Source of the DNA: Squalus acanthias
Taxonomy: Eukaryota
Assembly (NCBI GenBank): GCA_030390025.1
Contig: CM059432.1
Location: 22,446,001-22,510,000 of the forward strand
Direction of reading: 5' to 3'
DNA length: 64,000 nucleotides
Shown here: positions 28,000-39,808 of the stretch, in pieces
Numbering within the stretch: the first letter of the stretch is position 1
Layout of the letters: each line of letters begins with the position of its first letter
Translations under genes and position numbers: made by a program
The notes under the pieces: generated by a model
What the model was told of the DNA's origin: nothing
The model's input: only the letters and a program-made list of their open reading frames with translations
Databases searched by the model: none

Positions 28000-29738
28000 G
28001 GCCCAAACATTTGTGTTGATACGCGAGAGTACGCACTGTGTACTCTCGCGTATTCTGTCTCCAATTGCCGGTTTTCTGCATGCACTGCGCATGCGCTGAA
28101 AACCGGCACTTGGTGAATTCAAAAGGGGGCGGTTCCTAAGTGAATCGCGTGCGCGCTACAGGCTGCGCGCACGCAGTGCACTTAGTGCTTTGAACGCGCA
28201 GGTAAGTATGGAAGATTTAACACATAAAGAAAGGAGGCGTAATACCCTCTTTTAACAAGGTAAGTAGTTAATTAAGTATTATTTTGAATTTTTTTTAACA
28301 GGTATATCTTTTTTAGAGACTTTAAAGACAGGTAAGTTTATTTTTATAACTTTTTAAAAGATTTTAAATTTTTTCAAAAATCTAATTTTTTGTTTAAAAT
28401 GGTTAATTTATTTAACTATACTTATTTTATTAATGTGATGTTTTTTTTTTATTTAATTGAGGTTTAGCTGTTCTTTTGGGGGGGTATAGTATTCATAGCA
28501 GAATTTTATACACTTCTATGAGGTCCCCTCTCAATCTTCTAAACTCCAGTGTGTACATCCCTAAACTACATAGTCTCTCCTCATAGGTCAATCCCGCCAT
28601 TCCTGGTATCAGCCTGGTGAATCGCCGCTGCACCCCCTCCATGGCAAGAACATCTTTCCTCAGATGAGGCGACCAAAACTGTACACAGTACTCGAGGTGT
28701 GGTCTCACCAGTGCCCTGTACAGCTGCAGCAAGGTATCCCTGTTCCTGTATTCCAACCCTTTTGCTATGAAGGCCAGCATACCGTTTGCCTTCTTGATCG
28801 CCTGTTGCACCTGCATGCTCGCCTTCAGTGACTGGTGTACAAGAACACCCAGGTCTCTCTGTACTTCCCCCTCTCCCAATTTATTGCCATTTAAATAATA
28901 ATTTGCCCTCCCGTTCCTGCACCCAAGGTGGATAACTTCGCACTTGTCCACATTATAGTGCATCTGCCATTTATCCGCCCAATCACCCAGTCTGTCCAAA
29001 TCGCTCTGGAGCTTCCTGGTCTCCTCCTCTGAGCCCACCCCCCCTCCTAGTTTAGTGTCGTCTGCAAATTTGGAAATGCTGCATCCGACTCCCTGATCCA
29101 GGTCATTAATGTAAATTGTGAACAGCTGGGGACCCAGGACAGATCCCTGTGGTACCCCACTTGTTACTGCCTGCCATTCAGAAAATGAGCCGTTTATTCC
29201 AACTCTCTGTTTTCTATCTGACAGCCAGTTCTCTATCCACGTCAATACTTTCCCCTTTATCCCATGAGCTTCAATTTTCCCTGCTAATCTTTTATGTGGG
29301 ACCTTATCGAAGGCCTTTTGGAAGTCCAGGTACACCACATCTACTGGCTCTCCCCCATCTATTTTACCAGTTACTCCCTCAAAAAATTCCAATAGATTAG
29401 TCAAGCACGATTTACCCTTTGTAAATCCATGTTGACTCTGTCCTATCCTGTCCCCATTTGCTAAGTGCTCCGCTATTTCATCCTTAATGATGGACTCCTT
29501 CACAGCTGTGCTGTGAAAGCTATGAATGAAAAATGGTGTGCTGCCATTGGCTCTAACTGAGTCACGTGATCCCACAGCTCGCACGAATTAACTACGCCTG
29601 TGGGATATGAAAGCCCTGCACAGCTGCTGTCCAGAACATCAAGTTCGTGCGAGCTGGGACTAAAAAAGCCAGCGCACAGTGAGAGATCGCGGGGAAGCCT
29701 TACCCTCGCACGAAGGCTCCCTCACGAATTTTTGGGCC
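28000..29738. mobile_element. MITE-like TIR element containing a nested CR1 fragment
   Basis: Ends GGCCCAAA / TTTGGGCC; colinear with the copy at 29890-30654 once the CR1 is removed. Confidence 0.75.
28500..29498 (-). mobile_element. Internal CR1 RT fragment with no 3' tail
   Basis: Uninterrupted frame ESIIKD...YLDFQKAFDKVPH...GVPQGSVLGP...KFADD...IEVYKIL. Confidence 0.9.
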
Positions 29739-29889
29739 AAAGTGTTTGCACTCGGAACCAGAGTGGAACACAACACAGGACAAAAGTTGCATGTTTACTG
29801 CCTTACAGGTGTACCATTTAGCATCACCACATTACTATTTAAATGAAGATTTAATGAAACATCAGGCTGTCTGGCATGCCAAAGTTAAT

Positions 29890-30654
29890 GGGCCAGAAAT
29901 TCAGCACTTGCCGGGTGAGTACGCGCTGTGTACTCACCCGTAAGGCCTCCTGAAGTGCCGGTTTCCTGCATGCACTGCGCATGCATGGGAAACCGGAACT
30001 TCCGGTCTCGTGAAGGGAGGGGTTCAGAGGTGAACCGCGTGCGTGGGAGAGGCTGCGCACACGCAGCGAACTTCGTTTTTTTTTCAGGTTTCTCCGGGAA
30101 GGTAAGTATGGAAGAAGCTGCACTTTTAAAAAGGAGGCGCAAGACCCGTTTTTAACAAGGTAAGTGGTTAATTAATTACAATTTTAAAAATGTTTCAACA
30201 GCTTTATCTTTTTTAGATACTTTAAAGAAAGGTAAGTTTATTTTTAGCACTGTTAAAAAGTATTTTAATTTTTTCAAAAATTTAAATTTTTGTTTAAAGT
30301 AGTTAATTTATTTAACTTATAGTTATTTTAAAAATGTGATGTTTTTAAAAAAAATTATTTGTAGTTTAGGTGTTGTTTTGGGGCCGATTTCAATTCATAG
30401 ATTTGACAGGTCTTCCTGTCAAATCTATGAATGAAAGATGGTCTGCTGCCATTGGCTCTCCATGGCCCACGTGATCCCAGGGGACGCATCGCACTAACTA
30501 CGCCCCTGTGATACACAAGCACTACACACCGGCAGCTGCAGGAGGCCCAGGAGCTGAAGTCCCCGTGGGCCCAGAGGTCAACGGCAGGCGCGGTAGGTAG
30601 GTGCGCGCGCGATCCTTGCACCCGCGGGAAGCCAGGGAGCCGAATTTCTGGCCC
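29890..30654. mobile_element. MITE with 16-bp TIRs and a 3-bp TSD
   Basis: TIR GGGCCAGAAATTC(A/G)GC at both ends; TSD AAT at 29887-29889 and 30655-30657; internal 18-bp perfect hairpin at 30393-30432. Confidence 0.85.
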
Positions 30655-30863
30655 AATATTTTCCATTATGGTGTCAAAGTTGAAAGATCACCTATAGCAC
30701 AGCCAGTTTTAGGGCCCACTTACTCCACTAATTTATATGCCTCCTATGCGAATGTACTCCACTCCCTGCAAAAATAAGGAAAAAATAGGGACTCCCAATT
30801 CTATTTTTCAATAAATTCAATTTTAACTACACCTCCAAAATACTGCCCATATTGCTAGTCAAT

Positions 30864-31049
30864 GGGAATAATTTTCACTTCGGGCATGACCCTAAAACTG
30901 GCAGTTATGGATCAGTCGGCCATTATACACCTAACCTGATTTTCATTTACATTGAAGTCAATGGAAAGGAAAATCGAGCCAAGTGTATAACGGGCGGCCA
31001 ATCAGCAACCACTCGTCTTCCGCCCGTGCCAAAAGTAAAAATTAACCCC
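30864..31049. mobile_element. Short 186-bp MITE
   Basis: Ends GGGAATAATTTTCACTT / AAGTAAAAATTAACCCC; TSD AAT; central CATTGAAGTCAATG near-palindrome, with similar cores near 13655 and 55250. Confidence 0.65.
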
Positions 31050-31289
31050 AATGATTCTAAAACATATATATACAGAGTAACTTTTCAAGGCATTGTTCCC
31101 GGCATGGAACATCCCTAAACGAGACTGTGGCCGGAGATAGGGTTTTCCACTATAGAGTCAATTTGGTGACTTGTGCTCCTCCAGTGAAGATAGAGCCTTG
31201 TAAAATTACCGCAATAAAATTATTCTTGGTGTGCTGTTTACGCCATCCCAGGGAGAAACTCAACAGAGGCTTTCCTTGTAAGTTTAAAT

Positions 31290-32890
31290 GCTTTTTTTTA
31301 TTGGTTTATGGGATGTGGGTGTCACTGGCAAGGCCAGCATTTATTGCCCATCCCTAATTGCCCTTGAGAAGTTGCTGGTGAGCCGCCTTCTTGAACCGCT
31401 GCAGTTCGTGTAGTGAAGGTACTCCCACAGTGCTGTTAGGGAGGGAGTTCCAGGATTTTGACCCAGCGACGATGAAGGATTGGCGATATACTTCTAAGTC
31501 AGGATGGTGTGTGACTTGGAGGGGAATTTGGAGGTGGTGGTGTTCCCATGCATCTGCTGCCCTTGTCCTTCTAGGTGGAAGAGGTCGCGGGTTTGGGAGG
31601 TGCTGACGAAGAAGCCTTGACGAGTTGCTGCAGTGCATCTTGTAGATGGTACACACTGCAGCCATAGTACTCTGATCCTGGATGATGTCAAGCTTCTTGA
31701 GTGTTGTTGGAGCTGCACTCATCCAGGCAAGTTGAGAGTATTCCATCACACTCCTGACTTGTGCCTTGTAGATGGTGGAAAGGCTTTGGGGAGTCAGGAA
31801 GTGAGACACTCGCCGCAGAAAACCTAGCCTCTGACCTGCTCTTGTAGCCACAGTATGTATGTGGCTGGTCCAGTTACGTTTCTGGTCAATAGTGACCCCC
31901 AGGATGTTGCTGGTGGGGGATTCGGTGATGGTAATGCAGTTGAGTGTCAAGGGGCAATGGTTAGACTCTCGCTTGTTGGAGATAGTCATTGCCTGGCACT
32001 TCTGTGGCGCGAATGTTACCTGCCACTTATCAGCCCAAGCCTGAACGTCATCCAGGTCTTGTTGCATGCTGGCATGGACTGCTTCATTATCTGAGGAGTT
32101 GCGAATGGCACTGAACACTGTGCAGTCATCAGCGAACATCTGCATTTCTGACCTTATGTTGGAGGGAAGGTCATTGATGAAGCAGCTGAAGATGGTTGGA
32201 CCTGGGACATTACCCTGAGGAACACCTGCAGCAATGTCCTGGGACCTTCAAGCACCACAACCATCTTCCTTTGTGCTAGGTATGACTCCAGCCAGTGGAG
32301 AGTTTTCCCCCAAATTCACATTGACTTCAGTTTTAATAGGGCTCTTTGATGCCACACTTGGTCAAATGCTGCCTTGATGTCTAGGGCAGTCACTCTCACC
32401 TCACCTCTGGAATTCAGCTCCTTTGTCCATATTTGGACCAAGGCTGTAATGAGGTCAGGAGCCGAGTGGTCTTGGCGGAACCCAAACTGGGCATCAGTGA
32501 GCAGGTTATTGGTGAGTAATTGTCGCTTGATAGCACTGTCGATGTCTCCTTCTATCACTTTGCTGATGATTGAGAGTAGACTGATGGGGCGGTAATTGGC
32601 CGGATTGGATTTGTCCTGCTTTTTATGGACAGGACATACCTGGGCAGTTTTCCACATTGTTGGATAGATGCCAGTGTTGTAGCTGTACTGGAACAGCTTG
32701 GCTAGAGACGCGGCTTGTTCTGGAGCACAAGTCTTCAGCACGATAGCCGGGATGTTGTCGGGGCCTATAGCCTTTGTTGTATCCAGTGCGCTCAGCCGTT
32801 TCTTGATATCATGTAGAGTGAATCGATTTGGCTGAAGACTGGCTTCTATGATGGTGGGGACCTCAGGAGTAGGCTGATATGGATCATTGG
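31290..32890 (-). mobile_element. CR1/L2-group LINE RT fragment (a family distinct from the canonical CR1 copies)
   Basis: NYRPISLLS, ALDIKAAFD, MFADD and WADKWQVTFAPQKC motifs; disrupted. Confidence 0.85.
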
Positions 32891-33130
32891 TAGAGGCTGT
32901 GGTATAGTGGATGGACAGGCTTGATGAGCTCAATAGTTTTATGCTTTCCAATGTTCTTATTTCTTTTCCCTTTAAATCATATAGGAACAGGTGAACAAAA
33001 CATCGGTAACACCCAGACAAATTGGTCAGTATGGCACAGTGACCAAATACTAAGGGAACACATTAAAAATTTTAAAATTAGGAATAATAAAGGAAGACGG
33101 AGAAATAATAATAAATAATTAAAAAAATAA

Positions 33131-33675
33131 AGGAGAAACTATTTCCATTGGCAGGAGGTCAGTATACGGAGATGCCGGTGTTGGACTGGGGTGGACAAAA
33201 TTGAGAGGTCGCACAACACCAGGTTATAGTCCAACAGTTTTATTTGAAATCACAAGCTTTCGGAGCTATCGATTGCTTCTTCACCTGAGGAAGGAGCAAT
33301 CGATAGCTCCGAAAGCTTGTGATTTCAAATAAAACTGTTGGACTATAACCTGGTGTTGTGCGACCTCTCAAGGAGGTCAGTAACCAGAGGACACAGATTT
33401 AAGATAATTGGCAAAAATTCTAGGGGGCAAATGAAGAGAATTTTTTTTACGTAGTGAGTTATTATGATTTGGAATGCACAGCCTGAAATGATGGTGAAAG
33501 CAGATTCAGTATTAAATTTCAAAAGGGAATTGGATATATACTTGAAAAGGAGACATTTGTGGAGCTATGGGCAAAGAGCAGGGGAGTGGGACTAATGGGA
33601 TAGCACTTTCAAAAAGCCAGCACAGACACAATGGACTGAATTCCCTCCTTATGTGCTGTATGATTCTATGATTCA
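33131..33675 (+). mobile_element. CR1 3' fragment interrupted by a Penelope-like insertion
   Basis: GAGAAACTATTTCC...ACCAGAGGACACAGATTTAAG continuity across the insert; (ATTCTATG)n tail near 33660. Confidence 0.75.
33165..33370 (-). mobile_element. Second palindromic Penelope-like fragment with a hammerhead core
   Basis: Same arms as 21771-21964 with the unpaired tail on the opposite side; CTGAGGA-AGGAGC...GCTCC-GAAAGCTTGTGA on the + strand; TSD AGGAGGTCAGTA at 33153-33164 and 33371-33382. Confidence 0.8.
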
Positions 33676-33799
33676 ATATGGATGGAAGTTTTCACCCAAT
33701 GGATAATAATGTTTATCATTTCAAAAAGAATTCAATAAGTATTTTAAAAGGAAGAATATAAATGAATACAGAAAAGGGCAGAAAACAAGATTGGAGTAG

Positions 33800-34145
33800 C
33801 TAGATGAGGTGTAAATGACAATGGCAATTGCCATTGCCATTTACACCTCATCTAGACTCATCTATTGTTTCTTAACTTGTCCCATTACCATCTCTTTTTG
33901 CCTTGCACCCTTTTGTATTTTAATCTCTCTTGCCTTCCAGCCTATGACAGACCTTCCCTTTGTTCTTTCCTCCCCTCCTCCCTTTCCCTGCCCTTACACT
34001 TGCTTAAAAATCTGTTACATCTCTACCTTTTTCCAATTCTGACGAAGGGTCTCAGACCTGAAACGTTAACTCTGTTTTTCTTTCTCCACGGATGTTGCCT
34101 GACCTGCTGAGTGTTTGCAACATTTTCTGTCGTTATTTATTATTA
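33800..34145 (+). mobile_element. Penelope-like fragment (family 2) with a 5' hairpin and an intact hammerhead core
   Basis: Inverted repeat at 33800-33855 (28-bp arms, 1 mismatch); CTGACGA at 34039-34045, AGGGTC-TCA-GACCT, GAAA-CG-TT-AAC; flanking GAGTAGCTAG duplication. Confidence 0.65.
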
Positions 34146-35548
34146 GAGTAGCTAGCTCCAGTTACAGAGCTGGCATGGCTTCTGTGCTACAAATTCTGAT
34201 TCTAGACAGTTGTGAAATAAGTGACCGGGGAAGACGATTGAGCATGAATGAATTCAAGTGGCAAATAGGTGGACTTCTGGAGGGAAAGGACTGAGAGGTA
34301 TAGTAAGAAGTAGGAGTGCAATGGGAGCGATATTCCACTCGCAAATTGAACTGCTGCAGTTCCCTGAGATAGGAAGCAAATGAATACAGACTCTCCTGTC
34401 AATGGCACAGCTTGTCATGCTTTCAAACACCAGCTCTTCCACTGGTCTGAGCATCTAACCTGTTCATTTTACAGCAGGCATATGTGTGGGAGCTGACACA
34501 GAAATGCACTGAGCCGAACAACACCAGATGTGAGTGAATTATCAGCTTTTAGCCAGTGTTACTATACATTATAGGCTGCAGTTGTGAATGGAATTTTTTT
34601 TATTGTGACAGCAGCTCTTTGATGGGTGTGAAAATCTCAAAGCACTGTCGGGCAGGTGCATCTAAATAAAACAGTGCCTGGGACAGTTTGCTCCATCTGC
34701 TTGTAACGTTCCTGGACCGAACTTCAAGTATTTTTTAAAAATTTCAATATTATCGTTACTGTTTTCCCTCATCAATACATGGGAATGAAGCATTTTTTTT
34801 GATTTTTGGCACTTAGCGAAATTCTTCCCAATGAAAATGTAACTGAAAAACTCAATGTGAGCACCAAGCAACTCACTCCCAGCTTTTCAATACTGCCCTA
34901 GTGTTGGTATTGGGCATTCCGAAAAAAATTATCACCTTATCACACCTCTCAGACAAGGGGGCCCACCTGAAGGAGGCATTAGGCCCATTGCTTATGCAAA
35001 TTGGGGCCCAACATCTGTTTCAGGCCCCGTTGTGAAATTGGACCCCGATGGAGCGCCGCATGCGTCATGTATGAGGCCAGTTTTCTCAGACACACAGGCA
35101 ATACAGCGGTCCTTAAAGGGATCACTGGAGACTACCATCCTAAAGGTAAGTTAAGGGTGCTCGTCCTGATTCCACATTAAAACTGTGGACTGCTGACAGG
35201 CACCCGCAGCTCACTGATAAGATGCAAATGAGGCCAGAGGACTAATTGCCGTGGTCCTTCCGTCTGCCTCTTCAACCACGATCCAATTTCTAGGCTAAAT
35301 TTCTCTGCTTGTCTTCAAGCCACACTTTAGTATCTCATTTGAAGAACGGCATGTCTGACAATGCAGCACTCCCTCAGTATCATGCTGGAGTATCAGCCTA
35401 GATGGTGTAGTCAAGTTCCGAAGAGGAGCTTGAACCCAATGCCTTCTGACTCAGAATGATAAGTGTCGATGCTGAGAAAAGCCTCCTCCTCTTTTGAGGG
35501 TTGTAGGTGTAAGGAAAGGGTTAATTCTCTTTATATTGGCGTAATATT

Positions 35549-36321
35549 AGCCCAGAATTTGCGATTGTAATAACGGTGAGACTGTCAGCGTTCACCACTA
35601 TTACTGACAGCAACTTCTGGAGTCTGAACATGCACATTTAAACGTGGAAATCCTGAAGTTGTTGTCAGTGATACCCTGTTCCTCCACAGGGTTCACTGTT
35701 GCAGTCCTTGCAGATGGAAATCAATTTGAAATCACTGAATTGACATGAAATTCCACTTTTTACACTATATTATCACTGTAAAAACCATTGAAAAAGTTAA
35801 GCCTTGTTGAATTAGGTGTAACTGTGTTTTTAACGGCGTACTAAGTCATAATTACTGCTGAACAACCTCTCTGGCCCTAAAAAACTAATTTTATATTTGT
35901 GGAGTGTCATTTTCTCCATTCCATGATAAAAAAACTATATAGATTTTTAAAATAATAAAAATTATTTTTATTTTATTTTTTACAAGTTTGTTTATGATAT
36001 TTCATCTTTTACCTTAATCCCATGTGTCTGTCCCAATTTTTATTTTGCTTCGTGTAAAATTATAACAACTGAATGATAAAACCTGCTTGCAACTTCCTGG
36101 TTTGCTGTCTGAGAATTCTTCAATGTGATTGGCTGCTTAGTCTGCTTGATGACATCTCTGTTGCTGGATGCCAGAGATCCCTTATAGATGGCGCCAGCAT
36201 GAAATTAACGTCGGAAATGGTAAAATTGACGCCACAGAGCCCACTAAAAGTTTGTGGGCAGCTTCTTTTGAGGTCAGCGGCAAGCGCCGTCACATCGACG
36301 CTGACTGCAGAAATCCGGGCC
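35549..36321. mobile_element. MITE-like TIR element
   Basis: Ends AGCCCAGAATTTGC / GCAGAAATCCGGGCC; TSD ATT on both sides. Confidence 0.65.
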
Positions 36322-37359
36322 ATTAATTTTTAGCTTCTACCTGTTAACTGAGTTTCAATGTTCAGTTTAGTCAGTGGGAATTAAAAGTTGTATCAGTCAG
36401 AGACAGTCTTTAGATGAGAAGAAATGACAAAAAAGCTGTCTTTGTTAGCTCCAGCCTTTTAAAGTTACCTGCCTGAGAACTGGAAAATTAGGGTGGGTAA
36501 CCAAACAGGGGAGTCTGATTTGTGTGCTGCAAGAACAGGGCAATCAAATCAGTGTTGAATGATGAATGTGGATTAGGTTATGTCAAATCATGTGGATTCC
36601 CAAATAGCCAGGGTGGGGGAAAAGAAGCCTTAAAAGCAGGGGTGTTTGGAGAGATATCTCAGAATTTAATGAAGCCTGATTAGCTCAAGAACGTGTGAAT
36701 TCTCCGGTGAACTCATAATGTATCACCATAAGTGGAGATGAGGTAGTGTGAATGAATAAGCCATATTCAGAAAAATACACCATTCTATGAAATAATTCTG
36801 GCCTTATTGTAACATGACAAACTGGGCTTGAAAATCTAAAAACCTAACAATGGAAAAGCTGTAAACAGCATACAGGCTATTGAGATAAGATAACCTTATT
36901 GAAACAGGAGGTTGGAGGTTCCTGAAAGTCTGAAGCTTTGGAAAGAACCCAATGGTACACCCTGTTAAGGTGTCCTAAATTACACTTTGGAAAGAAACAC
37001 AGAAAATTAAGAAACATATGCCTTCGTAAAAATGACATCAAATGAAACACAGGAGACATGATTTTGTGTTGCAACCAGCTGAGGTAACAAAGAAGACAAT
37101 GGTGCACCCAGTTGAGGTGTTTTAATATACACGTCGTAAAAAGACACAAACAGAAGACCTTGGTAAAATGACATCCAATAGATGCATCTGCTGTCAAACC
37201 GTTTTATGGTAAGCTTTGAACACCTAAGGGTAGAGACATGAGTCTGGATTGCTACCAGCTGAACTGACTGTAAGAATAGCAGGGGTCAGCAGAAAAATGA
37301 CTAGAGATAATTAGCTTACATCAACAGAAAACTTCAAAAGAAATGCCACTGAGAAAGGA

Positions 37360-37367
37360 TATAAATA
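37360..37367 (+). promoter_or_regulatory. LTR TATA box
   Basis: TATAAATA conserved in both LTRs (second copy at 44607) and upstream of the donor and polyA signal. Confidence 0.7.
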
Positions 37368-37439
37368 TTGAACTTTCAAATGGGATGATAGTCTCGCTGT
37401 AAATGAGCAAAGCGATTCTCGGCTTCAGAGGCAAGCTCT

Positions 37440-37445
37440 GTAAGT
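37440..37445 (+). promoter_or_regulatory. Putative major splice donor in R
   Basis: CT|GTAAGT about 80 nt after the TATA box, present in both LTRs (second copy at 44687). Confidence 0.65.
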
Positions 37446-38005
37446 CTACAACTCTTTGTACCTTGGGGATCAAAAAGGTACTGTATTTGATTTTGGTGGA
37501 TATCCTGGAATAAGACTAAGATATGTAAAAATGTAACGAAGTTAAGATTTGAGAATAAGGATCTCTGATAATAGAATTGTAAGATTTCTGTTTTTGGAAC
37601 TGTTAATGTTGCGATTGAATCACGAACTGTAAATTACATGTTGGTTCTTTAATAAATCTATATATTTTTAGAATTGTCTCACAAAATACTTCTGTATCAA
37701 ACTCGCGAACTCAATCTCTGTACGCGCTTTGGTGAGGAGTTGCAGAATTCTGGGGGAGTTTTCCGGACCCTCTTAATATCTGGAATGTTACAGTCTAGCT
37801 AAACTTATTAAAAGTGCTATCTGGAGGGCGGTAACATCTTCAGGTTGTTCCTTTCCTTTAGGGAGAGATAGTCTGGACCTTCAGACCCAATTAAGCATCT
37901 TTAGGATTCGGCTACCTCAAACTTTAGTTGAAAGTGAACGTCTGAGGAATACACCTGATCCGGGGTAGCCCTAAAGGGGCTAGGACTAGTAATTATCCCT
38001 TCAGT

Positions 38006-38023
38006 TGGTGCCCAATGTGTGTG
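38006..38023 (+). promoter_or_regulatory. Primer binding site, tRNA-Lys1,2 type
   Basis: TGGTGCCCAATGTGTGTG begins 2 nt after the LTR. Against TGGCGCCCAACGTGGGGC, the first 14 nt differ only by two CpG-to-TpG changes. Confidence 0.85.
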
Positions 38024-38134
38024 TTAACAAGTTGATACCGAACCTATACTTATATTTATATCTATATCCATCTTGTAGATTGTTAAGTATAGAAGGAGTG
38101 TTTTACTGACAGACCCAGATTTAAGTCTCTAGAG

Positions 38135-39808
38135 ATGACAAGTCCCTGATCAGGCCTTGTAGAACTTAACTCAGAACTCCCTCAATATGCCATTGAGGTC
38201 TAGAAATTTCTTATAAAGTTCATATTAAACCCTAACCGAGGTTAGGTCCTGACGAAGTGGCAAACCCTGTCAGAATTGGCCAAGTCTTTTTATTCGGAAA
38301 TTCAAACGATTGCTTTATTAGGGGAAATAATCCTATCCCTGTACCTCCACAAAACCAAGTGATATTTTTTTAAATAGAAGGCTTTGATGCCGACGGACCA
38401 TTAGAACTCATGGCATGATTGATGTTGATCCCCAGAACCAGGGGATACAAAATATCCAGTGGGATAATCAAACAAATACTCCAAATCCACTAAATTCCTT
38501 AATGATAAGGTGCACACCCGCACAATTGGGAGGCCTAATGAACAATGCCCAACAAGGTGGTGGCAACCATGGCCGAATAATAGGACCCGGAGCAGCCTAT
38601 GCTCCCGAGGCCATGGATTCCGGTTAAGGTGGCAAGCTCATGATAAAATAAATGACCAGAATCTTCGAGAAAACTATAGACAGCTTAGAATCCATTATAG
38701 TCAATGCCGACAGGCACTAGCTCAATCTTATCTAAATGCTGGAGGCGCAATGATTACTGGTCCAGTAAGCCAACCCCAGCAACCAAACCTGAGCTCTATC
38801 TACACAATGTGTGGTAGACCGGGCAACATCAGCCAGGAAAAAACCTGCTGGATTCTAACTAACCTTGATAAATTGGAAACCTGTTGCCAAGATTGGAATG
38901 CCCAACACCTGAGGCAACTACTACAAATGATACTAAGTTCAGACTTAATTCCCCCATTAAACCAGTGTAACAACTGGGTTCAAATATATGCCTATGTTCT
39001 CATGGCAACTCAGGGAGGGCATGTAATGGGTTCCATCAAGGAAATACTCACTAATACAGCCACAACTAAAGGGCTGGTAGCTGCCTACAGATTAGGCAAA
39101 GTACTTACACAGGATAACTGGGACATTGTCCATGGTTGCCTGGCCAATCAATACCAAAATACAGCCCTCAAACTTGCCTGTGAGGGTGCTCTAAAAGATT
39201 ATCGAGATAACCAACAAAGATGGGATAATGTCAATCGCATTATCCAATTAAACCATGACCTCTTAGGTCTACCCTAAACTAAACCTATAATGAAATCAGA
39301 AACTAGGGATAAAAAAACCGGAGAAGGTACCTTTGGTACTCAGAAACAAGGACTGTATAGACCCAAGTCTCAAGTCCACCCCGCCCAGACACAAACTCGT
39401 GGCTCGGGACTCCCAAGATGGTATTCCAGAAGGATTACACCCCCAACTCGCCCACAATACGAGAAAGATTTCTCCCTGGAAAGATGGGATAGACGAGGGG
39501 CTAGACCTCGAAAGGAAAGCGAAGGACAGTGGACTCCCTATGGGGACAGCTTTTACACTGGCCAAAACTATCAGAGAGCCATGGGAGGATACCGGGAAAA
39601 CCGAAATGGGGATCAAAAAGATTCCCAGCAGAACCAACGTCCACCCCAACAGGAGGATCGTCAAGATAATAAACGGTCTGACAAAACCCCTCAGGGATTT
39701 GGAAAACATGATACCCCCAAGAGGGAGGAACAAAAATCAATTAAAATAATTAAAGACAAAGCAGCAAATGAAACTCAGGATCCTGAGGATGAACAATCCC
39801 AGGATTGA
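38135..39808 (+). pseudogene. gag: Foamy-type Gag (disrupted; start uncertain)
   Basis: GLVAAYRLGKVLTQDNWDIVHG and HDLLGL align by eye with foamy capsid GVATAYTLGMMLSGQNYQLVSG and YEILGL; Arg/Gly-rich C-terminus; no CCHC knuckle; in-frame stop at 39275-39277; disrupted 5' part. Confidence 0.8.

Larger units (their letters stand above)
36747..38003 (+). repeat. 5' LTR (1257 bp)
   Basis: TGTG...TTCA; direct repeat of 43993-45234; TATAAATA at 37360-37367, GTAAGT at 37440-37445, AATAAA at 37651-37656. Confidence 0.97.

Noticed and set aside
36877..37197. Antisense 106-aa ORF in the 5' LTR
   Set aside because: It is truncated in the 3' LTR copy, has no recognisable motif and lies in AT-rich U3.
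39296..39749. Alternative-frame and antisense ORFs overlapping the gag 3' end
   Set aside because: They have no motifs and are explained as shadows of a compositionally biased gag region.
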